A stretch of 64,000 bases of DNA from contig OX597826.1 in NCBI GenBank assembly GCA_951406725.2, positions 72,788,001 to 72,852,000 of the forward strand, given 5' to 3'. The stretch is from Octopus vulgaris. Lineage: Eukaryota. Both the position numbers and the translations under genes were made by a program. The notes under the pieces are model-generated. The model worked only from the letters and a program-made list of their open reading frames with translations, was not told where the DNA came from and searched no databases. The first letter of the stretch is position 1, and the number at the start of each line of letters is the position of its first letter. Below are positions 1 through 11,143 of this stretch, piece after piece.

Positions 1-565
1 CAGAGAGATGGCCATGCTTGATATGTAGAAAAGGTGTAGATAGAAACTCGATAAGATGTACCTGGTGCAAGCTATGGACACATAAGAGGTGCAGCAGTAT
101 CAGATAAGGGCTAACAGAGAAAGCAATCTTTGTGTGTGGCAGATGTGCAGGTAGAATAAATACTGGAAATGTACAGAGAATAAAAACTGCATAAAGACGT
201 GCCAATCGCTAAATGTGGAGGGAACCTGTTGAAGAGGAAGACTTGAGACGAGTGGTGAATGATGATCTTCAGTTGTGGAGTCTCTTGGAGGTGAGGACAA
301 GTGACTGAGGCCTGTGGCGATTTGCTATGCTTGAGATAATGTGTCAAAACTAAGTGAAATCATGGTCATGGCCAGTGCCAATGACATGTAAAAGACATCC
401 AGTACGCTGTGTGGAATGGTTGGTGTTAGGAAGGGCATCCAGCTGTAGAAACCAAGCCAAAACATATGGATGGCGCCTGGTGCAGCTCTCCAGCTTACCA
501 GCTCCACTCAAACCATCTAACCCATGCCAGCATGGGCAACAGACATGAAATCATGATGATGATGT
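1..565 (+). mobile_element. Decayed RTE-type LINE 3' end with (GAT)n tail
   Basis: Degenerate VEGTC.RGR coding remnant plus the family 3' UTR (ttaggaagggcatccagctgtag...gatgatgat). Confidence 0.7.
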
Positions 566-577
566 ATTATGATTTTA

Positions 578-581
<4 letters not shown>

Positions 582-630
<49 letters not shown>

Positions 631-640
631 CATCATTATA
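582..640. repeat. (TAT)n microsatellite
   Basis: Direct reading. Confidence 0.95.
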
Positions 641-699
641 ATTTTTTTTTGCTATATTTCTGTGAATGTTTTGATGTATAACTCTGTGTTCTCTTTCAG

Positions 700-892
700 T
701 CCTGCTGTCACACCTCCAAATGCTGCCACAATTCGTAATGACCAAGAAACCCTGGAAGAATGCATGGTTTGTTCTGACATGAAGCGTGATACCCTGTTTG
801 GCCCGTGTGTCCACATTGCAACTTGTTCTCTATGTTCTCCTCGGGTTAAGAAATGTCTCATCTGCAAAGAGCCAGTCCAGTCTCGTACAAAG
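700..892 (+). CDS. MIB1: MIB1 exon, RING1
   Basis: ttctctttcag acceptor; CMVC...PCVH...CSLC...CLIC; AAG|gtaaaa donor. Confidence 0.95.
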
Positions 893-1269
893 GTAAAACA
901 TTGGTCGTTCTTCCTTAGAATATTCCTTATGTAATCAAAGTGGTACAACAAATTTGTAGCTACACACACACACACACACAGCCTCATATTGTGATGAACT
1001 ACATCTATCAATATTATTTATGGATCTCTGAACTCCTAGAAACAGTTGTTGAACTTATAACACCTTTCTTCCTCTCCTTTAATTTTCTCTGTCATTTGTA
1101 CTCTGTAAATTGAATCTATTAATATAAATATCAAAATATGTATACTTAAATATGCATCGTCTGAAAGTCTCCACCCTTTGCTTTCGCTTGTTTTGCATAT
1201 ATACATATTTTGTATTTCATATACAAACCATTATATTTAACATATTTAATTTGTTTATCTGCCCAATTG

Positions 1270-1345
<76 letters not shown>

Positions 1346-4300
1346 TATACACACACACACACACATGTGTAAAACACAAATGATCCATATCCCTTGCATA
1401 TATGAACACTGTAGACATATCTCTACAACTTTAAGTGCTACACCTATAGTGGTCCCCTTATGTAATCAATCACACTTTTGTTTTTGTTGGGTAACTGAGG
1501 AAGATGACCTTGTGTTTTGAAAGGTCTGTTAAGGTGTGAATCGATACATTCTGTAGTTTTATCTTCAATTCCCCCATATCTATGTGAACTTAAGTCTTTT
1601 GTTAGTATTTAATGATAAATCCGAAGTCGACTTTGCCTTTCATCCTTTCGGGGTTGATAAATTAAGTACCAGTGGCATACTGAGGTCAATCTAATTGACT
1701 GGCCCCACTCCCCAGAAATTCCAGGCCTTGTGCCTAGAGTAGAAAAGAGTATTTAATTATGAATATTTGAACCATTGCTAACTGTTATTATATGAGATTT
1801 CTCTTTCTTTCCAGATTGAAGAATGTGTGGTTTGCTCTGACAAGAAAGCTTCCATCCTTTTCAAACCTTGTGGTCATATGTGTGCTTGTGATGGTATGTA
1901 ACCTTTAACTTATTACTCCAGTGGTTCTCAATTGCGGTCCACATGGCCCTTAAGGTCCATATAAGACTTTTTTGTTGTTAAAGTTTATGTGCAATAAATT
2001 GCTCATAAATTGCTTATACAATACCCCCCAATTTTTTTTTTGTGCAATTCCTAGTAATATTTAATTCTGCAAATATAATGGGATTTTTCCAAACATCAAA
2101 TGGCTGTGAGGGTCCGCCCAAGTAAAATTGGAATCAAAGGGTTCCATTGGTAAAAAGTGGCTGAGACCCACTGTCTCTATTGTAGTAGATTCTTGTATCT
2201 CTCTTATATTGATTTTCTCCCTACTCTCTGTCCACACCACTGTTTCCAAGTCATATTGTTGGTGATGTGGTAGACAGTAGTGTTATGGGACTAGTCATAG
2301 ACTCTATGCTGTGATACTCTTTTACTTGTTTCAGTCATTTGACTGTGGCCATACTGGAGCACCACCTTTAGTTGACCAAATCAACCCCAGGACTTATTCT
2401 TTGTAAGCCTAGTACTTATTCTATCGGTTTCTTTGGCCCAAACCGCTAAGTTACGGGGACGTAAACACACCAGCATCGGTTGTCAAGTGATGTTGGGGGG
2501 ACAAATATATACACACACACACACACATACATATATACGATGGGCTTCTTTCAGTTTCCATCTACCAAATCCACTCACAAGGCTTTGGTTGGCCCGAGGC
2601 GATAGTAGAAGACACTTGCCCAAGGTGCCACGCAGTGGGACTGAACCTGGATTCATGTTGTTTGTAGGCAAGCTACTTACCACACAGCCACTCCTACACT
2701 AGTGATGGTATATAAAAACACATGCACTGCATATATATCAAAGAAATCATTTCACCTGCTGAAATATAAGGAGCATGGAATTAGAGCCCTTGCAAATTAC
2801 TCCAAATGTGTGGTTTCACTGTCTCTAAGGACCTTCCCTAGTGAATGCACATCTTAAACATCAGATCTTCCTTTTAGAGCCAGGAAATACTTTAACTCTC
2901 CCTTCCAACAACAGCAACTAACTTTTTACAAGTTTCAAGTGGCAATCACCCTGCTGTACTGCTCCCACACGGAGGACAATGCAGCTGCCGTTATACACAT
3001 AAACAACATCCGGAAGGAAGCAGAAGGCTTCTTGACTGATTGGCATAAAGTCACTCACAGACATTCCCCAGCCTTTGTTCCATGGATGGGCTTGCTCTCT
3101 CTCTCTTCTTTGTTTTTCCTGCATCTACTGCAATGGCATCTATTCTTTGAAACTTGCCAGCCTCCCCTCAAGCGTTCTCAACTCACTTATCTCTCTTCAC
3201 CCGCATTATGCCCCTACCCCCATCTTCCTCCAAGCCATGCACTGATCACTACAGCTGGTCCTTCCTTTCGAAAGTGTTGGCCTTTTGGAATCCCCCTCTG
3301 CATACGTCTTATTTACAATGATTACCTTGTGATAATTTAAGCAGAACACTAATGCAATGAATCTCACTGGTCTTGAAGGGCCTTAAAGACCATGGGTCAC
3401 ATCCCTTCCAGAAACAGCTAATAAAAAAAAAATGTATAGTAAGTGTTGGTATATAACTAGAGAAGATGGTTATAAGTAGAAAGGGTTATGTGTGCAGCAT
3501 TGGTGCATATGCAGTGGTAATGTGCATAATTAGTGTAGTACCATTCTTACACATTGGACTAACTGGTGCTGTGTTGAGCTGAAGCTGGGTTTAACACTGC
3601 TATGGTGTTGAGGTAAAGCTTGGGCCACAGTAATGCCATATTTCTATTCAGCTTCCTCATATATACATATCTGTTGCCAAACAACAGCATTTTTCACTCA
3701 GAATTACTGAAGCATGGAATAAATTACCTACATCAGTTGTTAACTGTCGAGACATTACATCCTTCAAAACTTCCTGGCCTCCACCCCTGTTTCTTCTTTT
3801 TACTTTTAAGAGTTTTTCACTGTTCACTTCCTGTGCACATTCTATGTACTGTTCATACAGTTTTGGATTCTTTTCCTGATGAGTTGTAGTGCCCCTGAAC
3901 ATCATCATCATCATCATCGTTTAACGTCCGTTCTCCATGCTAGCATGGGTTGGACGGTTTGACCGGGGTCTGGGAAGCCAGGGGCTGCACCAGGCTCCAG
4001 TCTGATCTGGCAATGTTTCTACAGCTGGATGCCCTTCCTAACGCCAACCACTCTGTGAGTGTAGTGGGTGCTTTTTACGTGCCACCTGCACAGGTGCCAG
4101 GCGAGGCTGGCAACGGCCACGGTCGGATTGGTGTATTTTATGTGCCACCGGCACGGAAGCCAGTCGAGGCGGCGCTGGCATCGGCCACGAGTCGGATAGT
4201 GCTTTTTATGTACCACCAGACCAGGGATCCTGGCTGGTTCATACAATAACTTTATTATATACTACCAGTATAGCCTGGCATTGCTCGGGTTTGTTTTATA

Positions 4301-7300
4301 GTTGTGCTTAAAACAGCAGACTTTGATGTCACGTTAACAAAGTTTTGACATAGTTTCAATCTTTTTTGGGAAAGTAAAAATTTTGCATTGTATAACTTGT
4401 TATTCTCTTTAAGTGAACATTTTTCTGGTTGAAATACACCGAAAAATGGCAACACAGCAGTAAAAAAATAGGGATTTTCATAGAAAAAAAAGCTCCTTTT
4501 TGATGTAAATAATTTTTGGTGTTAACATGGTCCGATTTGAATCTTTTTCTTCTACGGAATAAAGAGCAAACCTTTTTCTATCATACTCTCAATTTTGGTC
4601 AACTTCTGCTGCAGGGTCTCGGAGGAGATAGTGTTAGTTGAAGGCTACCAAACCTGCTATACACACACACACAGACAACTTCAACTTTATATGTATAGAT
4701 TATATATGTAGTGATTTGAATATGATATTTGTAAAACCTTAAGCTAACAACAATGAATAGAAACTAATCAAGCCTAATTGCTGTCTCGTTATCAGGCTGT
4801 GCTGCCTTAATGAAGAAATGTGTCCAATGCCGAACACAGATTGAGAAAACAGTTCCTTTCATTGTTTGTTGTGGTGGCAACCGTAAGTATATATTATAAT
4901 ATCTATGTGGATGCATGCATGTATGTATGTATATGTGTGTGTATATATAGTAATAATGAAGTCAAACCCAATAATGATATTTTGAAAGCATTTAATATTG
5001 CAAGCAAGGTTGGATTAATGCCATGTCTGGTAAACGAGTGCCCACCACTGAAGTGATCCAATGAAATCGAAATCATGTGATCTTCTTGCAATGAGTGTGA
5101 AAGCACACTGAATAATCAACTAGAGGAGATGTCTTCCTAGGGTTAAAATAGCAGTATTGTTGGTTCTTAGAAAACACCCATGTTAAAATGGCAATAAATA
5201 TTTGATGCATACATACATACAAATATATATATACACATCATCATCATCATCATTTAGCATCCGTTTTCCATGCTACCATGGGTTGGACGGTTTAACTGGG
5301 GTCTGTGAAGCAGGACGGCTTCATCAGGCCCAGTCAGATTTAGCAGTGTTTCTACAGCTGGATCCCCTTCCTAACGCCAACCACTCCGTGAGTGTAGTGG
5401 GTGCTTTTTACGTGCCACCTGCACAGGTGCCAGACAGAGCTGGCAAACGGCCACAAACGGATGGTGTTTTTACGTGCCACCGGCACGGGGGCCAGGCGAG
5501 GCTGGCAACGGACACGAATGGATGGTGCTTTTACGTGCTACTGGCACAGGGGCCAGGCGAGGCTGGCAACAGACACGAACAGATGGTGCTTTTACGTGCT
5601 ACCATCACGGGGGCCAGGCGAGGCTGGCAACGGACACGAGCGGATGGTGCTTTTATGTGCCAACGGCACGGGGGCCAGGCGAGGCTGGCAACGGACAAAC
5701 GATTGGATAGTTCGCTTAACCACAGCTGCAATTTCCACTGATGTTGATTTGGTTTGATTTTGACTGTTCTCACTGGTCTTGCCGGGTCTTCTTACACACA
5801 GCATACTTCCATAGGTCTCGGTCTCTAGTCATTTCCTTGGTGAGACCTAAAGTTCGAAGGTCGTGCTTCACCACCTCGTCCCAGGTTTTCCTGGGTCTAC
5901 CTCTTCCACAAGTTCCTTCAACTGCTAGAGTGTGGCACTTTTGCACACAACTATCTTCACCCATTTTCGTCACATGCCCATACCAGCGCAGACGTCTCTC
6001 TTGCACACCACAACTGATGCTTCTTAGGTTCAACTTTTCTCTCAAGGTACTTACACTCTGTCGATTATGAACACTGACATTACACATCCATCGGAGCATA
6101 CTGGCTTCATTTCTTGCGAGCTTACGCATATCCTCAGCAGTCACAGCCCATGTTTCACTACCATGTAGCATGGCTGTACGTACACATGCATCATACAGTC
6201 TGCCTTTTACTCTGAACGAGAGGCCTTTTGTCACTAGCAGGGGTAAGAGCTCTCTAAACTTTGCCCAGGCTATTCTTACTCTAGCAGTTACACTTTCAGC
6301 ACACCCACCCCCGCTGCTGACTTGGTCACCTATATATATATATGAATAGATAGATATGTGTGCATGCATGAGTGCCTGTATGGCTGTGTGGTTAAGAAGC
6401 TTTTTCTGAATCTCATCATTTTGGGTTCAGTCCCACTGCAAGGTATCTCAGGCAAGTCTTCTACTATAGACCTGGGCTGACCAAAGCCTTCTGAGTGGAT
6501 ATGGTAGATGGAAACTGAAAGAGCTCATCACATGCATGTGTACATGTGTGTGTGATAGAGAGAGAGAGAGAGAGAGAGAGTGTGTGTGTGTGTGTACATT
6601 TGTGACATCTTGACTGGATGTGATGTGATTGTTATAGACAAAGGTCATTCATTTACAATCTCCTGTGGAAACATGCCTGGCCATGGGGGAAATATTACTT
6701 TGCTTGGAAACGGGTGAGAATTGGCAGCAGGAAGGACATCCAGCTGTAGAAAAATTTGCCTTACGATAACTCCATCTGATTCATGTAAGCATAGAAAACT
6801 GGACATCAAAACATTGCGGATTACGATTATACATATATGTGTGTGTCTGTATATCTTTGTGATTTTGTCTGAGTGCACATGTTTTGTGAATTACATATTC
6901 CCTTAATTTCTCTATTCAGTTCTGTAAAGAAGTGGTTATTGTGTTCTCTAAACCACTGACATTAACTAGGATAAGGAAAACATTTTATTATTGAGTTTAA
7001 TATGATTAACTCTGAGTGTATTGAAGACATACTCTGAGTAAATCTATATGCACACACACATTGTTTTATGAATTCTAATGGACACACACTAATACAACAG
7101 TATAGGCATAGTTTTGTGGGTGCTGCCGTGGACAATAAACCAACTGTTATCTTGTAAAATGTCAGTTATTGTATATCTATTGTTCCAGGCAGGTTACGTT
7201 CTCTCCAAGCATTCCTCTCTTCTTTGGCATTTTTGAGGTTTTTACTTGTAACTCTACATCACTAGTGACTTGATCAATGTATGTTATTTTGGGTTGTCTG

Positions 7301-10300
7301 ACATGAGAATTCCCCTGCATGTATTTTATAGTTGTTGTTGTTGTTGGTTGTAGTTCCATGAATCCACTGTTTATTTTGTTGTTGTTCTAGCTCCACCCAT
7401 TCCACAACCAGTTGGCGTCATGAACAATGGGTCAAGAGACTTGTCCCGAGATATACAGAAACTTCAGCAACAACTACAAGACATTAAAGATCAGGTAAGC
7501 CATGTGTATGTGTGTGTGTGTGTATATATAAAGGGTTTAAAAAGAAAAACCCCTTCAGTCATGAATGACCATGGGATTGCACCTAGGAAGTTCCCTTCTG
7601 ATGCACAAGTCCGGGCAAGGTTGTTTACGGAAGACCAGCAGTTGCCCATGCATACCAGCCTCCCCTCTCCATGTCACTGATGTTATCCAAGGGAAAGGCA
7701 AAGGGGCCGATACGGATTGGCACCAGTGACGTCGCAACACATTTCTACTGCTGAGTAAACTGGAGCAATGTGAGCCTGGTCTGGGAATCAAACTCACTAC
7801 CTTATGATTATGAGCCCAACACTCTAACCACTGAGCCATGCACCAACATGTGTATGCATATATATATATATATCAATCATCATCATCGTTTAGTGTCCGC
7901 TTTCCATGCTAGCATGGGTTGGACATTTCGACCTGGGTCTGGAAAACCAGGAGGCTGCACCAGGCTCCAGTCTGATCTGGCAGTGTTTCTACTGCTGGAT
8001 GCCCTTCCTAATGCCAACCACTTCGTGAGTGTAGTGGGTGCTTTTTATGTGCCACTGGCATAGGGGCCAGAACAGGCTGGCAAACGGTCACGATCGGTTG
8101 GTGCTTTTACATGTCACCGACACAGACGCCAGTCAGGCGGCGCTGGCATCTGCCATGTCAGATGGTGCTTTTTATGCGTCACCGGCACATCATGGGCTTT
8201 CATGTTGTCTATGACATATGAAGGTTCTGCAGTTACTTGCTTATAGTGATCCAGTGTTTGTGTTGGACATTAGATCACTCCATCCAACAGATCGACATTT
8301 CCTGTACAGATGTTGAAGTGATTGCAGATCAGTGTGAGATGATGGAGTGCTAAGGTCGTGAACACAATGCACTGCCCAGTTGCAGGAATCAAAACCATGA
8401 TTTCACAATAATGAGTGCAACACCCTGACCACTAAGCCATGTGCCCTCAAATATGCATACATACATATATAATTGAAAAATAGGATAAAATCTTTATAGG
8501 AATTTATCAAGTAGTTAGTGTGAGAAAACTCATAAGGGAAAAACCCATCAATTATTCCTCTTAAATATATTTACTTATATTAAGGGCATTACTATACATA
8601 AGTGCCTCACACTAGGAGGGACTCTTAAAGTCAAAACTACCATAATGAATAAACATAAACGCATGGTAGTTTTGACTCCTAGTGTGAGGCATTTATGTAT
8701 AGTAATGCCCTTAATATAAGTATATATATATATATATATATAGCTACACATATGCCAGCATGGAAAACAGGCATTAAAAGGTGATGATGATGATACATAC
8801 ATATGTATATATAGCTAGTGCTCTCAATATGTTCTTAAAAATCCAGCTCTAAGTGAAACAGTGCTATATGCAGAGTGGTGGCAGTCATTCTAACATGTTA
8901 TAGAGATATGAGCTTTATAGGTTATTTGTAACAGTGATATAAACACAAATGGTAATAATAGGCATTACCAAGTAATTGGTAAATTCAGAAACTTGCTGTT
9001 ACATCCATCAAACACTTAAGAATTTTAGACAGTCTTTGGGTGAGAGACTATCTAAAAACTTTTCAGTATTCGAAAGGGGTGATAGTCTCTCACCCAAAAA
9101 CTATCTAAAATTTTGTGATGTGAAGGTATGATGGAATTGGGAAAGTTTAATCAGTTAAGAAGAGCTAATGTTTTAAAATGATTAAACAAGTGAAATTAAT
9201 CAAAAGTACGTCAGTCTCTGCACCATTAATTCAGTTGAACTGCAACTGTGCAAATTAGAAGAGAAGCTGCTACTTTTGGGATGAGAGCCAAGGGTGTTGT
9301 TTTTTGTATATTAGTTTCTTTTCCAAGAATGCATCTGATGTTGTTTGCCTTTCTTAACCACAACTTCTTTCAAATGCTGTCTACACAGTTCTTGGTTAAT
9401 TTGTCTCAGATTGCTTTGATATTATTTATGCCCTTCAAGATGTGATAGTTTTTCCAAAAGTTCATGAATCGGCCCTTTTAATCCAAAGCTACCTCTGCAA
9501 CTCGAACGACACTCTTCTTCATCACAACCCTTGCAAAACACAATCACTTTTAAGGACTTAGAGGGAGCATCATGCAATGCCCCCACAGTTCCACTACTCA
9601 GTGTTGACCGGCCTGTCCTGATACTTTGCAAGTTACCTTCCATTGATTTCTCCCATATGTTCTTCCCAGGACATTGTAAGTTCTGTTATGATCAATTGCA
9701 TTGCTTGGTTAATATAATAACGTAGTAAGACGGCAAGCTTTCGTCTGTCTTTATGTTCTGAGTTCAAATTCCACCAAGGTCGACTTTGCCTTTCATCCTC
9801 TCAGGGTCGATAGATTAAGTACCAGTTGCATACCGTGATCGATCTAATCGACTGGCTCCCTCCCCAAAAATTTCAAGTCTTGTACCTCGAGTAGAAATGA
9901 ATATAATAATGTAGTGTTATCCCACTGGAAAATACTGTCTGCTAGAAAGGGTGCCACAGCAATCAGTGCTCAGCAGGGTGTCTACAGTAGTATATAGTTT
10001 ATTATGAGGTACAGTGGTTGTGATGTTGAAAGTACATTTGGTCATCTGATCAAAAGTCACTATAGTTAAGAGGAAGAAGCAGGCAGATGCCTTCCCTTTT
10101 CCTGACTCCCATACTAACGATCTTTGTGCAGTACAAACCCAGTTTCTATTAACATATTAAGGTACAGGCATTGCTGGATGGTTAAGTTTGATTGGTAACC
10201 ATTGTTTCAGGTTCAATTTCATTTTGTGCCTTGGGCAGATGTCAGCTATCTCCCCCCTCCCAAGCTGACAAAGCCTTGTGGGTGGGTTTGGTAGATGGAA

Positions 10301-11143
10301 ACTGAAAGAAGCCCATCGTATGTGTATATATGTTACTGTTTCCTTGTCTTGACATCACTTGATAGTCGTAAATGACCACCACTACCATACAAGCAGGTAT
10401 CCTTTGTTTTCGTTCTTCCACGAAAAAATGTCTGGCCATGGGGAAATGCGGGGACGGCTGGCAACACGAAGGGTATCCAACCATCAAAAATCAACCTCAA
10501 CAACTTCCTTCCATGTATGATTACAATGGCGATGTTGTGGTAGGATTCCCTAGCCAAGGGAGCTTACTCTGCTCGCTTTCATCTTAACTGGGACCTTTTA
10601 AGTTGTCATTTATTAACCACGAACATATTCTCAAGTTTCAATCTCTCAAAGCTGTCACCAAATATTATAATAATTTTAGTTTTTCTCTTATTTATTTTTG
10701 CTTAATGGTAAACATATTTAAAAAATTCTTGATAAATTGTCTGCGTAAATATCTCTGCCGTGTGTCAAACACTGGATAACAGTGAACTTCTCTGATATTT
10801 ACATTTTGTCTCTACAACACCAACAAAAGATACCAGTAATACATTGCATCTAATTCAGTGGTATTATATCTTCTCAAAACCATTTAGACTAATTAGTTAC
10901 GTGATTTGGATTTAGTGCTGTGTGAACCTTTTGTCAGGCAAGTCTGACCCTGTGCCAGTGTTCTAAAATTTTCTTATTTTATTCTTTGCTTTGCTATTTC
11001 AGACTTGCTGTCCAGTGTGTATGGATCGACTAAAGAACATGATCTTCCTGTGTGGCCACGGAACCTGCCAGATGTGTGGTGACCGTATGGCCGAGTGTCC
11101 AATATGTCGCAAGGCTGTCGAGAAAAGAATCCTTCTCTATTGA
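700..11143 (+). CDS. MIB1: E3 ubiquitin ligase mind bomb 1, 3' part (exons 700-892, 1815-1893, 4796-4882, 7391-7494, 11003-11143)
   Basis: Spliced translation [23 protein letters not shown]...[11 protein letters not shown]...[61 protein letters not shown] closely matches the recalled vertebrate MIB1 C-terminus. All introns are GT-AG and phases are consistent. Confidence 0.97.
1271..1364. repeat. Compound (CT)n(AT)n(AC)n microsatellite
   Basis: Direct reading. Confidence 0.95.
1815..1893 (+). CDS. MIB1: MIB1 exon, RING2 first half
   Basis: tttccag|[26 protein letters not shown]|gtatgt. Confidence 0.96.
2316..2695 (-). mobile_element. tRNA-derived SINE, family A
   Basis: Head ggagtggctgtgtggtaag...ggttcagtccc (A/B-box-like), central microsatellite, tail gactgaaacaagtaaaagag. 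Confidence 0.88.
3900..4240 (-). mobile_element. RTE-LINE 3' end copy
   Basis: Same tail as 5234-5460; other copies near 7878-8190, 27655-27932, 31140-31447, 40140-40240, 44292-44490, 46480-46720, 51150-51312, 57495-57896. Confidence 0.85.
4262..4699 (-). mobile_element. Non-autonomous Helitron, same family as 46075-46460
   Basis: High identity to 46075-46460 plus an extra internal segment; terminal CTAG mutated. Confidence 0.78.
4796..4882 (+). CDS. MIB1: MIB1 exon, RING2 second half
   Basis: atcag|(G)[28 protein letters not shown]|gtaagt; phase 1-1. Confidence 0.95.
5234..6330 (-). mobile_element. 5'-truncated RTE-type LINE (RT C-terminus plus 3' UTR with 61-bp repeats)
   Basis: ORF 5770-6369 ...[20 protein letters not shown]...RRLRWYGHV...GRGRPRKTW; (GAT)n tail at about 5234-5252. 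Confidence 0.9.
5398..5702. repeat. About 5 x 61-bp tandem repeat in the LINE 3' UTR
   Basis: Unit ggatggtgcttttacgtgccaccggcacgggggccaggcgaggctggcaacggacacgaat at 5459, 5520, 5581, 5642, plus a divergent unit before. Confidence 0.9.
6372..6815 (+). mobile_element. SINE family A head with a different 3' half
   Basis: Family A head to gaaactgaaagag, then ggaaacatgcctggccatggggg body and an RTE-like tail; a similar copy lies near 10165-10520. Confidence 0.65.
7391..7494 (+). CDS. MIB1: MIB1 exon, linker and coiled coil
   Basis: ttctag|..[34 protein letters not shown]|gtaagc. Confidence 0.93.
7541..7845 (-). mobile_element. tRNA-derived SINE, family C
   Basis: Head gcatggctcagtggttagag...gagtttgattccc; related copies near 8210-8450, 41200-41370, 51430-51700, 54410-54571. 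Confidence 0.8.
8572..8722. repeat. Long inverted repeat / MITE-like hairpin
   Basis: About 45-bp outer arms plus 15-bp inner arms. Confidence 0.9.
9021..9112. repeat. Inverted repeat with 32-bp arms
   Basis: aattttagacagtctttgggtgagagactatc / gatagtctctcacccaaaaactatctaaaatt, 2 mismatches. Confidence 0.88.
11003..11143 (+). CDS. MIB1: MIB1 terminal coding exon, RING3
   Basis: tttcag|[49 protein letters not shown]. Confidence 0.97.
   Translation, partial: TCCPVCMDRLKNMIFLCGHGTCQMCGDRMAECPICRKAVEKRILLY

Noticed and set aside
466-681. Poly-Tyr, poly-Ile and poly-Asn ORFs
   Set aside because: Translations of the (TAT)n microsatellite
5398-5702. Regularly spaced repeats resembling a CRISPR array, with overlapping ORFs
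   Set aside because: No unique spacers, eukaryotic context; it is a minisatellite in a LINE 3' UTR
7775-7845. tRNA-like sequences (also near 22420, 36761, 52230, 54500)
   Set aside because: They are SINE heads followed by SINE bodies, with no clean cloverleaf or terminator
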